A DNA stretch of 64,000 bases from Promethearchaeota archaeon (GCA_029838195.1 JALGVJ010000002.1:1-64000); one strand, 5' to 3'. Counted from the stretch's first letter, positions 1-10,898 are shown. Notes: a model not told the origin generated them from the letters alone. Translations and numbers: made by a program.

Positions 1-144
1 GAAGGTTTTGAGCAAAAATAAGTCATTGAGATGAACATTTCTTCTAACGCAAAATATATTTTAATGATGCGTCTCTATAGATGTATATTAAAAAAATTAA
101 AACAAACTCTTCAATTATGAAAGTTAAAATTAATATTAATCTTT

Positions 145-795
145 ATGGATTTCTATTATTTTAAAAAATCTAAGAAAGTGAAAGTAGATAGTGCTTTAAT
201 TAAAAAAAAAGAAGTGTTTGAGAGATATCTTAAATAGGCTGGAGAATTCGGGCGATTTGCTCATTGAGATTTCTATCCAAGAGTATTTAAGAGTCTAAAT
301 TTTATCATAGAACATATTGAAACATGCAGATATAATTTAATTGATATTAAGGGCGATATTGATATAATTTTAACCTCGGAAGAAAATAATAAGATTTTTG
401 TAGATGTTAAAAATACATTACCTTTTTATGATAAAGACTTATTATATAAATTCTTAAAAAAGTTAGAAGTTTTTGATTTTAAAATCATTCCATTAGTTAT
501 TGCAAGTGGAATTCATAAAAGACTTTTAGAAATCCTTAACGAATTAAACGAAACTGGTATAGAATTGAAAAAGGTAATCGTCCCCCAGAACTATAAAGAT
601 TATTCAAAGGAATTTAACGAATATTATGTTAACATAACGAGAATTATTCCAGAGCAATTAATCCCTATAGATATTAAAAAAAGATTCAGTATTGTAAAGA
701 ATTATAATGACGGTAGAATTTTTTCTAAAATTGACATAGATTCTTATTTTAGAAGAGAAAGATATGAAGAACCTGGACTATTAGACTTACTTTAA
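145..795 (+). pseudogene. PD-(D/E)xK restriction-endonuclease-like nuclease, pseudogene (two in-frame stops)
   Basis: Frame +1 from ATG 145 reads MDFYYFKK...ERYLK*AGEFGRFAH*DFYPRVF...KGDIDIILTSEENNKIFVDVKNTLP... and continues into the 565..795 ORF. TAG at 235-237 and TGA at 265-267. GDID-x(n)-VDVK matches the PD-(D/E)xK motif. The true 5' end may lie further upstream. Confidence 0.6.
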
Positions 796-877
796 ATAAT
801 TAAAATTATAGGATAAATTTATAAATACGAATTTTTATGATTAAATAATTTGAGTTTCCACTTTTATACAATAATTA

Positions 878-1549
878 ATGAAAAAAAAGAAGGTAAATCC
901 ATACGAGGTGATTCTAATTACCGTTAAATTAAATGATAAAAGGTTAAAAGCAATTTTGAAAAAAATCGACTCAGATCCGCAAATGAAGCAACTATATGCC
1001 TCCAAGTGGCATAAAATCGTCAATTTCTTATACAACAATACAGGATTAACAATAGCAAAAGTAGCAAAATCGGGGTCGTTCGCTAAACACACGGAATATA
1101 GCGACAGCGATCTGGATGTGATATTTTGCACATCTCCAGACTATTATTTGAGCGATATGCAAGAAATAATACAAGATAAAGCAGACGCTATATTCGGCGA
1201 TGTCGCTGATGTAGGGATTGGAAATAGAGCCGTCCACATAGATTTCGCAAGTCCAGAATGTAATATAGATGTCGTTTATCTATCGCAAGATGAGTTCGAT
1301 GCGGAATTCGAGGAGATCAGAGATTTTAAGATAATTGCCCCGCTACAAAAAGATTCGATTAAATTAACCAAGTATGCGTTTGACAAGGTGGGATTAAGCG
1401 AGATTAAAGGATATCAAATTGAAAAGGCGTGCTTACAGTTTAATTATACCACATTAGCGGAATATACTTTTCACAATGTAAAATACTTTACGGGGAAAAT
1501 TAGAAAGCACGGTTTAACTCTTGATGATGTATTACGAAAGTTAATTTAA
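878..1549 (+). CDS. Pol-beta superfamily nucleotidyltransferase, OAS/SMODS/CD-NTase-like
   Basis: SGSFAKHT-x-SDSDLDV (GS plus DxD), third acidic residue in NIDVV, and C-terminal helices KDSIKLTKYAF...IKGYQIEKAC resembling the OAS/CD-NTase lobe. Confidence 0.7.
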   Translation: MKKKKVNPYEVILITVKLNDKRLKAILKKIDSDPQMKQLYASKWHKIVNFLYNNTGLTIAKVAKSGSFAKHTEYSDSDLDVIFCTSPDYYLSDMQEIIQDKADAIFGDVADVGIGNRAVHIDFASPECNIDVVYLSQDEFDAEFEEIRDFKIIAPLQKDSIKLTKYAFDKVGLSEIKGYQIEKACLQFNYTTLAEYTFHNVKYFTGKIRKHGLTLDDVLRKLI

Positions 1550-1821
1550 GAATTATATTCTAAATAATAAAAAGGGAGTGAAAGAAATGGCTTAGAAAAT
1601 GCGTTAAAAAAGAGAATGTAAAATAAAGAATTGAAAAAGGAATTCTCTTATAATGAAATGATGTTTGAATTGCATCTTTATCGTGCGATTCAATTTCTAA
1701 AAAAACAGCGAACCACTAATAATATCTTCGCATTACTACGAGTTATCTTTATATAATAATGAAATAAAAACTATTTTTAATATTAGAAAAATATAAAAAG
1801 TAGAATTTTCTATTTTTAATC

Positions 1822-2088
1822 ATGGCAAATGTAAAAATGAATAATAAAACTATTTTAGATAAATTACAAGCAGAAATCACCCTAAAATTGGGAAAAAAGC
1901 TTACACAGCAGGAAATTCTGGATAGAAGCGTTGATTTTGTTTATAAAAGGTTGGATGAATTTATATCTGAAGAAATTGATCATCCAAGACTTACAAGAGA
2001 TATTATTGAGAGAATAAAAAAGAATGCTATTGACGCTCCTTTAGCTCACCTTGATAAATCTGATGATGAACTAATATATGATTTATAA
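1822..2088 (+). CDS. Antitoxin (VapB-like DNA-binding protein)
   Basis: 88-aa ORF immediately upstream of a PIN toxin; acidic C-terminus ending DDELIYDL. Confidence 0.7.
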   Translation: MANVKMNNKTILDKLQAEITLKLGKKLTQQEILDRSVDFVYKRLDEFISEEIDHPRLTRDIIERIKKNAIDAPLAHLDKSDDELIYDL

Positions 2089-2108
2089 ATAAAAAAATCA
2101 TCATGTGA

Positions 2109-2537
2109 ATGATTCTAATGATTGTTCTTGACACAAATTTTATTTTTGCCTTAAAAGCGAAAAATGATAAAAATCACGCTAGAGCAAATGAGATTTTAGA
2201 AAATTTATTTGAAGAATACAGAGATATAGTGATGATAACTTCTTATTTTATTATAAGTGAAACGCTTACACTTGTGGTTGCCAGATTTCATGGAAATATA
2301 CAATGTTTAAAAGAGTATTATAAATTATTTTGGGGGGCAGAAAACTTTTTTAAGATAGTTGATATTGAAAATAATGAATATCAAAAAATACATCATTTTT
2401 TAGAGAAATATTGTACGCAAAAAAGAAAATTAAGTTTTGTAGATGCGGTTTTGATTTATTTATATAAAAAATATAAAGCAAGATATATTATATCCTTTGA
2501 TAGGCATTTTGACAGCATCTTAAATCGCTTGTATTAA
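2109..2537 (+). CDS. vapC: PIN-domain toxin (VapC family)
   Basis: IVLDTN...E...SFVDA...SFDRHF PIN motifs; true start probably ATG 2118. Confidence 0.85.
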   Translation: MILMIVLDTNFIFALKAKNDKNHARANEILENLFEEYRDIVMITSYFIISETLTLVVARFHGNIQCLKEYYKLFWGAENFFKIVDIENNEYQKIHHFLEKYCTQKRKLSFVDAVLIYLYKKYKARYIISFDRHFDSILNRLY

Positions 2538-2544
2538 GTTTGTA

Positions 2545-3370
2545 TTTATAATGCATTAAATAATTTGACATGACTGTTTCTACTTCTTACTTTGGGAGAT
2601 TAATATTCTTGTGTCGTTATAAATTTTACTGGCACCCGTTGGAAATCCTTGAAATTTTCGAAAAAAGTTTTGCAAGTGACTTATTTGCATTAAAACTTCT
2701 AAAACTATTCTAAGGGATTCAAATCGGGAGAAGGGACAAAATACACGAATTTAAAGGTAGAATAATTTGAGGCTATCTTTATTAGCGGTTAAAAAGAGCT
2801 CCAATTCCTTGGAATGATGTGCCCTGATATGATTCAAGACAACTACGAGCTTTTTCGGCTTTGGGATTCCTGACAAGCACTCCTTCCAAAAAATGCTGAA
2901 ATTAGATTGTTTTTTGAACATCCTAAAAGCAATGCGGACATTTTCCCTAATAGGGTCTACGGCACAGATTAGATGTTGAAGGAGCCATCCTCCATATGTA
3001 AAGATTTCGAGCCCGTGTCTTTTTAAGGATCATGTACGGATGACAATCGGAGCAAACTGAATGCTCACATCGTCTATAAAAAGAATTCCATCGCGTGGTT
3101 CAAGAGAATCTGGTTTTTTTAACCTCCTGGTGATATGAAGGAAGAAGTCTTAGACTATAACATATCATTGAAATTTGTTCTGAAATATTTAATTAAAGGT
3201 CAACTTATAAGAATAGGCCGGTATTTGTGTTAACGCATCTATTTGAAGGCTTTCTATAAGATTATATAGTTAGCAATAGCGATAATTCTCTCCGAAAATA
3301 AGCGTTATTTCGCAATATTCTTTAAGAGAAAGGTGGCGCTCCAGAATTTTTTGATTGAGATATATGTACA
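2545..3370 (-). mobile_element. Degenerate IS630-family transposase remnant (boundaries approximate)
   Basis: Minus-strand translation gives DGILFIDDVSIQFAP...ICAVDP...KLVVVLNHIRAHHSKEL..., then frameshifted SPDLNPLE. These are decayed DDE_3 motifs (LFxDE, VLDNARxH, PYSPDLNPIE) with many stops and frameshifts. Core recognisable at about 2640-3120. Confidence 0.7.
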
Positions 3371-3508
3371 ATGTAAAAAAACGTGTAGTAATAGGAAGAA
3401 ATTAGAATTTATTCAATAATTATTAACTAAGTAAAAAATTAGATAATGATATAGTAGATAGATGCTTGTTTCAAAGTAGATCAAAAACAGAACCAATTAA
3501 TATAACAT

Positions 3509-4300
3509 TTAAATTCTTCTCATGTGGATGTAATTTACCATGAATTTAGTGAGGTTGAAAATTACTTTTTTAAAGTGAAATTTATAAATTCTATATAAGA
3601 ATCCATAAACTATTGATGATGGGCAAAACCTCTGTTGAATCAAGAGTAAAACGCCTTCAATTCCATCCAGCCAATTTATTTTAGCAGCGCCATGTTTACG
3701 ATATTGATAATTAATGGGAATCTCTTTTATCTTAAACCCATTTAATAAAATTTTTGACGTAATTTCAGGTTCAAATTCGAATTCCCGCGTATTTAATTCT
3801 ATTTTTCCTAGCACATTTTTGGTAAATAATTTATAACCTGTTTCCATATCCGTTAGATTAGTATTATATAAAATATTAGTTATTGTCGTTAAAAGCTTGT
3901 TTGCTAAATAATGAGATCTTGCCATGAATTTAGGTTTTTTGGCAAAACGCGTGCCATAAACAACTTCAGCTTCACCCTCTAAAATTGGTTTTAAAAGAGT
4001 GGGGATATCTTGAGGAAGATACTCCAAATCCGCATCTTGAATGATAAATATATCTCCAGATGCATACTTTAATCCTATTCGTATGGCTATCCCTTTCCCT
4101 TGATTTTCGGGGATCCTAACAAATTTAATTTTATTATCCTTGATTTCGTTTAAAACAAATTGTTTATGATTTACAGTAGAACCATCATCAATAACGATGA
4201 TTTCTCTTTCAATGGGAAATTTTACTTTAAAAATCGTGTCTAAAAGAGCATTAATGGTATGCTCCTCATTATAACAGGGTATGATAATGCTTAATTTCAA
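3509..4300 (-). CDS. Glycosyltransferase family 2 (DPM-synthase-like)
   Basis: SIIIPCYNEE, IDDGS, QDADLEY motifs. Confidence 0.9.
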   Translation of the reverse strand: MKLSIIIPCYNEEHTINALLDTIFKVKFPIEREIIVIDDGSTVNHKQFVLNEIKDNKIKFVRIPENQGKGIAIRIGLKYASGDIFIIQDADLEYLPQDIPTLLKPILEGEAEVVYGTRFAKKPKFMARSHYLANKLLTTITNILYNTNLTDMETGYKLFTKNVLGKIELNTREFEFEPEITSKILLNGFKIKEIPINYQYRKHGAAKINWLDGIEGVLLLIQQRFCPSSIVYGFLYRIYKFHFKKVIFNLTKFMVNYIHMRRI

Positions 4301-4401
4301 TAAAATTCAATTTATTCTGTTTTTAATAAATTAATACTAAAGAATATAATAGGAAAACAATTTGATATGAAATAAATTTACTTTTGTTTATATTTTTTTG
4401 C

Positions 4402-4842
4402 TTAGTAATTATACCAAAAGATAATATTTTGGCTATTTGAATAAATTATTATAAACTCCTCGTCATTCAAGAATTCCTCATAATCCATGGGATTAATTAG
4501 GGTTAGATCGATTACCGCATATCGTTCATTGTAAGTAGTTAAAAAACCACGAACTTTATCATACAAGCCTCTTTTAGCATTATCATATAACTTGTAATCA
4601 TAACCTACTAAAAGATCATATAAATAATTTTTTTCCCCCAAATCCGGTAAAATAAGCATGTAATTTTTTGGAACACGTTGATGAATGTATAAAATCGTGT
4701 CTATTTGATCAGAATTAAAATTATAGGTATGTTCTATATCATGAGCAACATCTTTCAGAATAACATTTAATAAAATGATAAACAATGCCCCCATGATTAA
4801 CTGTTCTCTAGGAATATCCTTAAATAACTTTTTAGGGAACAT
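4402..4842 (-). CDS. Membrane-anchored hypothetical protein resembling the soluble C-terminal domain of GT-C-like membrane proteins
   Basis: One N-terminal TM helix followed by an alpha/beta domain. Confidence 0.5.
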   Translation of the reverse strand: MFPKKLFKDIPREQLIMGALFIILLNVILKDVAHDIEHTYNFNSDQIDTILYIHQRVPKNYMLILPDLGEKNYLYDLLVGYDYKLYDNAKRGLYDKVRGFLTTYNERYAVIDLTLINPMDYEEFLNDEEFIIIYSNSQNIIFWYNY

Positions 4843-5036
4843 TGTTAAATCTAATTCATTTAATTATTATCCTAATTTTATTAAATAAATTCATGATTAA
4901 AATTTAAAGCTTCTCTTTTTGATATTTAAAAGAAAATTTAATATTTTGGGTTTAAGTGAAAAAAAGATATTTAGCGAAAATCATGAATAATGTATTAAAT
5001 TAGGTTTTAATTATTTTTTTAATTTGATTATTTATA

Positions 5037-6557
5037 ATGTTAAATTATTTAGTAAGGACTTATTTAATTTTTATCTTTTACACTTTATTACTAACTCTAT
5101 TTGGATATGGTTTTGTATATATTCTCCAAAAAATAAATAAGAAAAAATGGAATCTCTCTCTATTAGAAAAACTTTTCGTGTCTTATGGTGTGGGAATATT
5201 AATTTTTATAGAAATCTCCTATATTGCATCTTATTTCGGGAAATTTAATTTTTTTACAATACTATTACCTTTACTACTTGTAGATTTATTCATACTTTAT
5301 CTTATATTCCCCAGAAGAAAAATTAAGGATATTAAAACCTATTTGCAAACATTTAAGATTAAAAATCATTTGAATCAAGTGCAAGATATAATTCTTATTC
5401 TAATCGTGTTTTTGTGTCAATTTCTATTACTTTGGCCAATTATTTCTAGCTCTTCGGCTCTTCTTGCATATGATCCTTATTTATGGGTAAACGATGTTCT
5501 CTATCTTATTTCTAATGGAAGAGTAAATGATATTCAGAGAAACTATCAGGGTTATACCTATCCTTGGGGTTTCATTTTCATTTGCAGCGGAAACGTATTA
5601 ATTTCTCCTGATTTTGCAACCATATATTATTTCATGAAATTATGCCCCTTTCCATTTTTGAATTGGTATTTATTATTAATTTATAGTTTAGGAAAGCGAT
5701 TTATAAAATGGCCTTCATTAGTTTTCCTTTCTTTATTACTTGTATTAATTAATCGATATTTTCTCTATAGAACAATAATGTTTCTCTCTTCTTCCCTGGC
5801 AATTTTATTAATACTCATTATTTTTCTAATAATAATAACAAACATTCCAAATTGGCTTATTGGATTCATGCTTCCGGGTATCATTTTAATCAACCCGATT
5901 TATAGCATTTTTGCTATGCTATTAATCATTATTTTTCATGGATTACGTTTAATTGTTTCATATAAGAAATTTTTCACGACCATTAAGGATTTTTTCGGAA
6001 TTGGAATTTTAACTCTTGTTTTTTTAATTCCCTATGTTCTCATCTTTATTTTACTTTATGGAAAAGGGATTGAGGTTCTTATAAAAAATTTTATTTGGTT
6101 ATTTAAAAACCCAGAAAAAGGAAAATTGAAACTATTAGTGGAATTTAGAACCATTTTCCTCATGGGACCTCTTATTTACCAGCAAACAAATACAAGTGGA
6201 ATGGAACTCATAACTTTTTATTCTTCTGAATTACTGTTTTATATTGTAAATATGGACTTTTTATTTTACATCGCTTTTTTAGGGTTATTTATATTTGAAC
6301 GTGGCCAAGATCAAATAACAAAAGATTTTATTTACCTTATAAAAATAGGTTACGTCTTAGTATCATCAATATGGTTCATTCCAATATTCCTTCAGCCCAA
6401 TATTTTTCTTGAAATATTTATAATAAGGATGTATGAGGCATTCTTTCCTTGTATTATATTTCTTACAGTTTATTTTTTAAAAGTTCTAGTGGAAAAGATT
6501 AAAAAAGTATTCATGAAAGAGGATATTTTCAGTTTCAATGATGATGAATTTTTATAA
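5037..6557 (+). CDS. Polytopic membrane protein, possible GT-C-fold glycosyltransferase/polymerase
   Basis: About 12 hydrophobic segments; luminal loop LAYDPYLW...YPWG; located in glycan cluster. Confidence 0.6.
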   Translation: MLNYLVRTYLIFIFYTLLLTLFGYGFVYILQKINKKKWNLSLLEKLFVSYGVGILIFIEISYIASYFGKFNFFTILLPLLLVDLFILYLIFPRRKIKDIKTYLQTFKIKNHLNQVQDIILILIVFLCQFLLLWPIISSSSALLAYDPYLWVNDVLYLISNGRVNDIQRNYQGYTYPWGFIFICSGNVLISPDFATIYYFMKLCPFPFLNWYLLLIYSLGKRFIKWPSLVFLSLLLVLINRYFLYRTIMFLSSSLAILLILIIFLIIITNIPNWLIGFMLPGIILINPIYSIFAMLLIIIFHGLRLIVSYKKFFTTIKDFFGIGILTLVFLIPYVLIFILLYGKGIEVLIKNFIWLFKNPEKGKLKLLVEFRTIFLMGPLIYQQTNTSGMELITFYSSELLFYIVNMDFLFYIAFLGLFIFERGQDQITKDFIYLIKIGYVLVSSIWFIPIFLQPNIFLEIFIIRMYEAFFPCIIFLTVYFLKVLVEKIKKVFMKEDIFSFNDDEFL

Positions 6558-6686
6558 AAATCTTTTAATCTCTGATTTCTTGTTTAAATCATTTAAAATT
6601 AATAAGGTTTAATATTAATTCGTGTAAATAATAAATAACATAATAAAATCAATTAAATACAAAATTTATCGTTAACTCACTTTTTC

Positions 6687-7874
6687 ATGAACATATTACA
6701 GATAACAACTCGAATCTATCCCGACATTGGAGGCGTAGCAACACATGTCTATTCATTAGCACGCTATTTATCTAAAAAAAAAATTAAAACGGTTATCCTT
6801 ACTTGTAGATCAGAACCCGGCCTTATATCAAAACAAAAAGAAATTAATAAAAATCTAATAATCTACTATTTAAATTTTCATGCACCCGCCCAAAGTGCGA
6901 ATACTTTAAAATTAATAATATTTTTCATAAAATTCTTCATTTTTGGACTGATTAAAGCAATTAAATTACATGTTAAATATAAATTTAACATTATTCACTC
7001 CCATTCACCCCCTCCATCCAGTTTTATTACTTTAATTCTTTCAAAATTATTTCAAATTCCCTTTTTATATACAATACATGGTTTAGATTATCCAATTTCT
7101 TTATTGTTAAAAATTGATGCTAAATGCATGGATAAATACTCAAAAAAAATAATCGTTGTCAGTCGAACTATTGAAAACTATTTAAAAAAAAATTATAGGA
7201 TAAATAACATTCAATGGATTCCTACAGGCATAAACGTTGCTCAATATTACCACGTGGATTCTGAGAAACAAAAACAAGAAATTATTGAAAAAGAGAAATT
7301 AAATTCATTCCTACAAATGGATGATTTCATAATATCATATATTGGCTACATGAATCTTCATCAAAAAGTCATGGGAATGATAAATTTCCTAAAAGCATTT
7401 TCTTTCTTTCTAAAAAATTTAAAAAATAAAGATGATAAAAACCGAATAAAATTACTATATATAGGAGAAGGAAAATTTTCTTTTTTATTAAAAAGAGAAA
7501 TACAAGATTTACGATTAAATAGAAATGTTTTATTCATGGGTAAACGTAAAAATATTAAAAATATTTTAGCAATTTCAGATTTAGTTGGACTCACCTCATA
7601 TATTGAAGGTTTTCCTATTATATTATTAGAAGCCATGGCATCAAAAGTTCCTTGTATTGCTACTAATACCGGTGAAATAAAACATATTATAGGAAAAACC
7701 GGATATATCGTGTCTCCGGGAAGTATTTATGAAATTCAAAAAACTCTTGAAGAATTCTATTCATTACCAGAAGTTGATAAGGAAATGAAAAAAATCGATT
7801 CTTTTATCAGAGTAAAAAATTGTTTTGAGGAAGAATATATATTCAGAAAAATATTCAATCTCATCTTTAAGTAG
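6687..7874 (+). CDS. Glycosyltransferase family 4
   Basis: YPDIGGVATH, EGFPIILLEAMAS. Confidence 0.9.
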   Translation: MNILQITTRIYPDIGGVATHVYSLARYLSKKKIKTVILTCRSEPGLISKQKEINKNLIIYYLNFHAPAQSANTLKLIIFFIKFFIFGLIKAIKLHVKYKFNIIHSHSPPPSSFITLILSKLFQIPFLYTIHGLDYPISLLLKIDAKCMDKYSKKIIVVSRTIENYLKKNYRINNIQWIPTGINVAQYYHVDSEKQKQEIIEKEKLNSFLQMDDFIISYIGYMNLHQKVMGMINFLKAFSFFLKNLKNKDDKNRIKLLYIGEGKFSFLLKREIQDLRLNRNVLFMGKRKNIKNILAISDLVGLTSYIEGFPIILLEAMASKVPCIATNTGEIKHIIGKTGYIVSPGSIYEIQKTLEEFYSLPEVDKEMKKIDSFIRVKNCFEEEYIFRKIFNLIFK

Positions 7875-8063
7875 GAATAACTTAGAGTTAAAGGAATGAT
7901 ATAATTATACCTATTAAAAAGAAATAAAAAATTTAAGTTATACGAACTATTAATTATATCAATAAAGATTTATATTAAAATACTATAAAAATTTTAATAA
8001 AAATATGGGAATTATTAAAAACTAATTTATTGTGGTGTATAACTCCCAAAAAAATAATTTCAA

Positions 8064-8873
8064 GTGATTATCATCTCAGCTAAGCAGAATAAACATCAAG
8101 AATTTCAGGACTTTCTAGCAAAATATAAAAAACATAATTCTCATAAACTACTTTCGATAATTTTACCTGTTTATAACGAAGAAAATACAGTAAGAAAAGT
8201 GCTTGAAACCATTCCTACTGATGAGAGCATCGAAATATTAGTGATTGACGATCATTCCACTGATAATAGTTTACAAGAAATAAAGAAAGCAAAAGTATCT
8301 AATAAATTAAAAATATTACGACACGATAAGAATATGGGGTATGGAGCGGCAATCCTTACTGGTATAAAAGAAGCTAGGGGCGATGTCTTATTAATGATGG
8401 ATTCTGATGGGCAACACCGGCCCGAAGATATTTATTGTTTAATTAAACCAATTCTAGAAAAGAATGCCGATCTCACGATTGGCTCTCGTTATTTAGGAAA
8501 ATGTCATTATCCCTTACCCATTAAAACCCGTTTAGGAGAGGCTCTAGTTGAAAAATTGATTTACATCTTTTTCAAAACGAAAATAATGAATAATCAAAAT
8601 GGATTTAGAGCTTTAAATAGCAATTTAAAACATTTATTTAAAAATATAAAATACTGGGATTTTGCTTTTTGCACTGAAATTATAATTAAAGCTGCACTGG
8701 AAGGGTATAAAATAAAAGAATGTCCTATCAATTTATATGAACGAGCTCATGGAGAATCTAAAATTCATCTCACTAAATTAACATTAAATCTATTCTCATG
8801 CATTTTAAGATATTTCATTAGAAAAATTCAATTAATGACTTCTAATTGCAATCATATGAAAAAAAAACGATAA
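8064..8873 (+). CDS. Glycosyltransferase family 2
   Basis: SIILPVYNEE, IDDHSTD, MDSDGQH. Confidence 0.9.
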   Translation: MIIISAKQNKHQEFQDFLAKYKKHNSHKLLSIILPVYNEENTVRKVLETIPTDESIEILVIDDHSTDNSLQEIKKAKVSNKLKILRHDKNMGYGAAILTGIKEARGDVLLMMDSDGQHRPEDIYCLIKPILEKNADLTIGSRYLGKCHYPLPIKTRLGEALVEKLIYIFFKTKIMNNQNGFRALNSNLKHLFKNIKYWDFAFCTEIIIKAALEGYKIKECPINLYERAHGESKIHLTKLTLNLFSCILRYFIRKIQLMTSNCNHMKKKR

Positions 8874-8885
8874 ATTATCCTTCTT

Positions 8886-9686
8886 TTACTCAGACATCTT
8901 CTTAAATAGATATAAATTATTAGAAGAGTGGTCTTGAAATGTTTTGCTTTTTATTAATTTAAAATCTCCCTCTAGATGAGAAAAAAATTGTATTATTTCT
9001 TGAGGAGTAGCCACTTCATAGGGATATCCTCCCAACCAATCTTTAATATCTATTAATGGATTCATTCCTCTATTTTTTTGGTATTTATTTAACTCATTAA
9101 AGGGATTTTTCAGTAAAAATAATGGATAAATTAAATAATTAATGAAGAAATACACTAAAACCATTATTGATTTCCCGATTTTAGGTAAAAGATTATATAA
9201 TTTTTTCATCTTTAACCAATATTGAGAAGTCCTCGTTTTATTATAAATAGCTAAATATAACAATCCGTTTTTCTTTACCAATTTAGAAGTATTTTTAATT
9301 GCTTCCCACATGTTCCCTGTATGATGTAATACGCCCCAGGCATATATAATATCGTATTTTTTTAATTTTTTAAGAAATTCTTTGTCTAAAATTGAACCTT
9401 GAAAAACATGCCACCTTTCTTTTCTTTTTACACTATTTTGTAATAATCTCGTACATTTTACGGAATCGGGATCAATATCAAAACTGGTTATTTCTTTTGC
9501 ACCCATTAAGTACATTGCATAAGAAAAAAGCCCACTTCCAGATCCAACATCAAGAATAGTTTTATTTTGGATTTGTCCTAAAAATTCTTCAAGGGAACTC
9601 ATAGCATTCTTTATTCTCTCTCTTGATAATGATTTTAAAAATGCTTGCCAGTTTTTTCCAAATGAAAACATAATTTTTTCATTCAT
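8886..9686 (-). CDS. Class I SAM-dependent methyltransferase (glycan-associated)
   Basis: ILDVGSGSG motif I; YAWGVLHHTG. Confidence 0.85.
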   Translation of the reverse strand: MNEKIMFSFGKNWQAFLKSLSRERIKNAMSSLEEFLGQIQNKTILDVGSGSGLFSYAMYLMGAKEITSFDIDPDSVKCTRLLQNSVKRKERWHVFQGSILDKEFLKKLKKYDIIYAWGVLHHTGNMWEAIKNTSKLVKKNGLLYLAIYNKTRTSQYWLKMKKLYNLLPKIGKSIMVLVYFFINYLIYPLFLLKNPFNELNKYQKNRGMNPLIDIKDWLGGYPYEVATPQEIIQFFSHLEGDFKLIKSKTFQDHSSNNLYLFKKMSE

Positions 9687-9746
9687 TTAATTAACCTTGC
9701 CATTAACATTAAGTAATTCAATTTAAGATAAATCGAATTCTATGTA

Positions 9747-10898
9747 TTATAATTCATTTAAAATTGAATTGAATAACGCATGCCATTGTTTTTCAATTCG
9801 GTTATAATCAAAGAATTTAGCACGTTTTAGAGCCATCTTACTCATTTTTTTCCTTAACCCATCATCGCTTGCTAAGAGGATCATTTTTTTCGCTAACTCT
9901 TCAACATCACCTACGTTAACGAGCATGCCGTATTTTCCCTTGGCTAATATTTCGCGCGGCCCCGTAGGACAGTCCGTGGAGATGATTGGGAGTCCACAAA
10001 CTAATGCTTCTAATAAGACCATTGGAAGACCTTCGTAATGGGAAGATAAAACAAATATGTCTGCTCTACTCAGATACTTAAAAGGGTTATTAACTTGTCC
10101 CAACAATAATACATGATTATTTAAACTTAAATTTTTAATTTTTCTTTTTATATGCTTTTTTAATGATCCTTTTCCAATAATTATTAAAACAGAATCGGGA
10201 AATTGAGTTATTGTCTTTTTAAATGCTGAGATTAAATTGAAATGACCTTTTAACTCTTCTAACCGCCCAATTGTTAAAAATTTAATTTTATCATGATCTT
10301 CAAATATCTCACGATATTTACTAATTTTTTCCTTTTTTAACTCTGTTATTGTTTTTAAATTGATACCATTATAAATCGTGTCAATCTTATTCACGGGAAT
10401 TTTAAAATCTTTAATTAGAATGGTTTTTATTTCTTTTGAAATCGTGATAATTTTATCAGCTGCTTTTAAAGAATATAGGAATCGCATTAAGGGCTTAAAA
10501 TATCGTAATTCGATATCATATACAATCCTTGGATTGCAATGCGTCGAAATTACTAATGGAATTTTTAGTCGAAATATAATTTTTGTTGCGATTGAATAAA
10601 AATTGGCTAATTCCATAAAAGAGAGTATGAGATCGGGAGAATATATTTTAATAACCTGATGTATCCTCCAAAAACGGCTTAAAAAATTGAAATATTTTTT
10701 TAAATAATGCCCCTTCTCTGAAAGAGAATATAATGTGCCCTCATGCGAATATAAATCGATGGATTGGATAAAGGTCAAAATAGCCATTTCAAATTTAGAA
10801 GAAAATCTCTTAGATAACTCAGAAACAACACGTTCGACACCTCCTCCTCTTTCTAAAGAAGGAATAATCATTAATATTTTTTTTTTCATTGAGTACAT
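9747..10898 (-). CDS. Glycosyltransferase family 4 (PglJ/WabH-like)
   Basis: GGGVERV, EGLPMVLLEALVCG, TDCPTGPREIL. Confidence 0.9.
   Translation of the reverse strand: MYSMKKKILMIIPSLERGGGVERVVSELSKRFSSKFEMAILTFIQSIDLYSHEGTLYSLSEKGHYLKKYFNFLSRFWRIHQVIKIYSPDLILSFMELANFYSIATKIIFRLKIPLVISTHCNPRIVYDIELRYFKPLMRFLYSLKAADKIITISKEIKTILIKDFKIPVNKIDTIYNGINLKTITELKKEKISKYREIFEDHDKIKFLTIGRLEELKGHFNLISAFKKTITQFPDSVLIIIGKGSLKKHIKRKIKNLSLNNHVLLLGQVNNPFKYLSRADIFVLSSHYEGLPMVLLEALVCGLPIISTDCPTGPREILAKGKYGMLVNVGDVEELAKKMILLASDDGLRKKMSKMALKRAKFFDYNRIEKQWHALFNSILNEL
9882..9999 (-). repeat. 118-bp inverted repeat, copy A (partner at 16744-16861)
   Basis: Reverse complement matches 16744-16861 at 112/118 nt by manual alignment, including 59 perfect nt. 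Confidence 0.9.

Noticed and set aside
235-267. Sec/Pyl recoding of in-frame TAG/TGA (also the TGA at 41637-39 in the IS)
   Set aside because: Mixed stop types, no Cys/Sec-type context, and located in decaying DNA; nonsense mutation is simpler
1574-1756. Strong SD (GGGAGTGA) plus ATG right after the NTase, possibly a lost effector gene
   Set aside because: Stops after two codons; the remaining fragments give no recognisable domain
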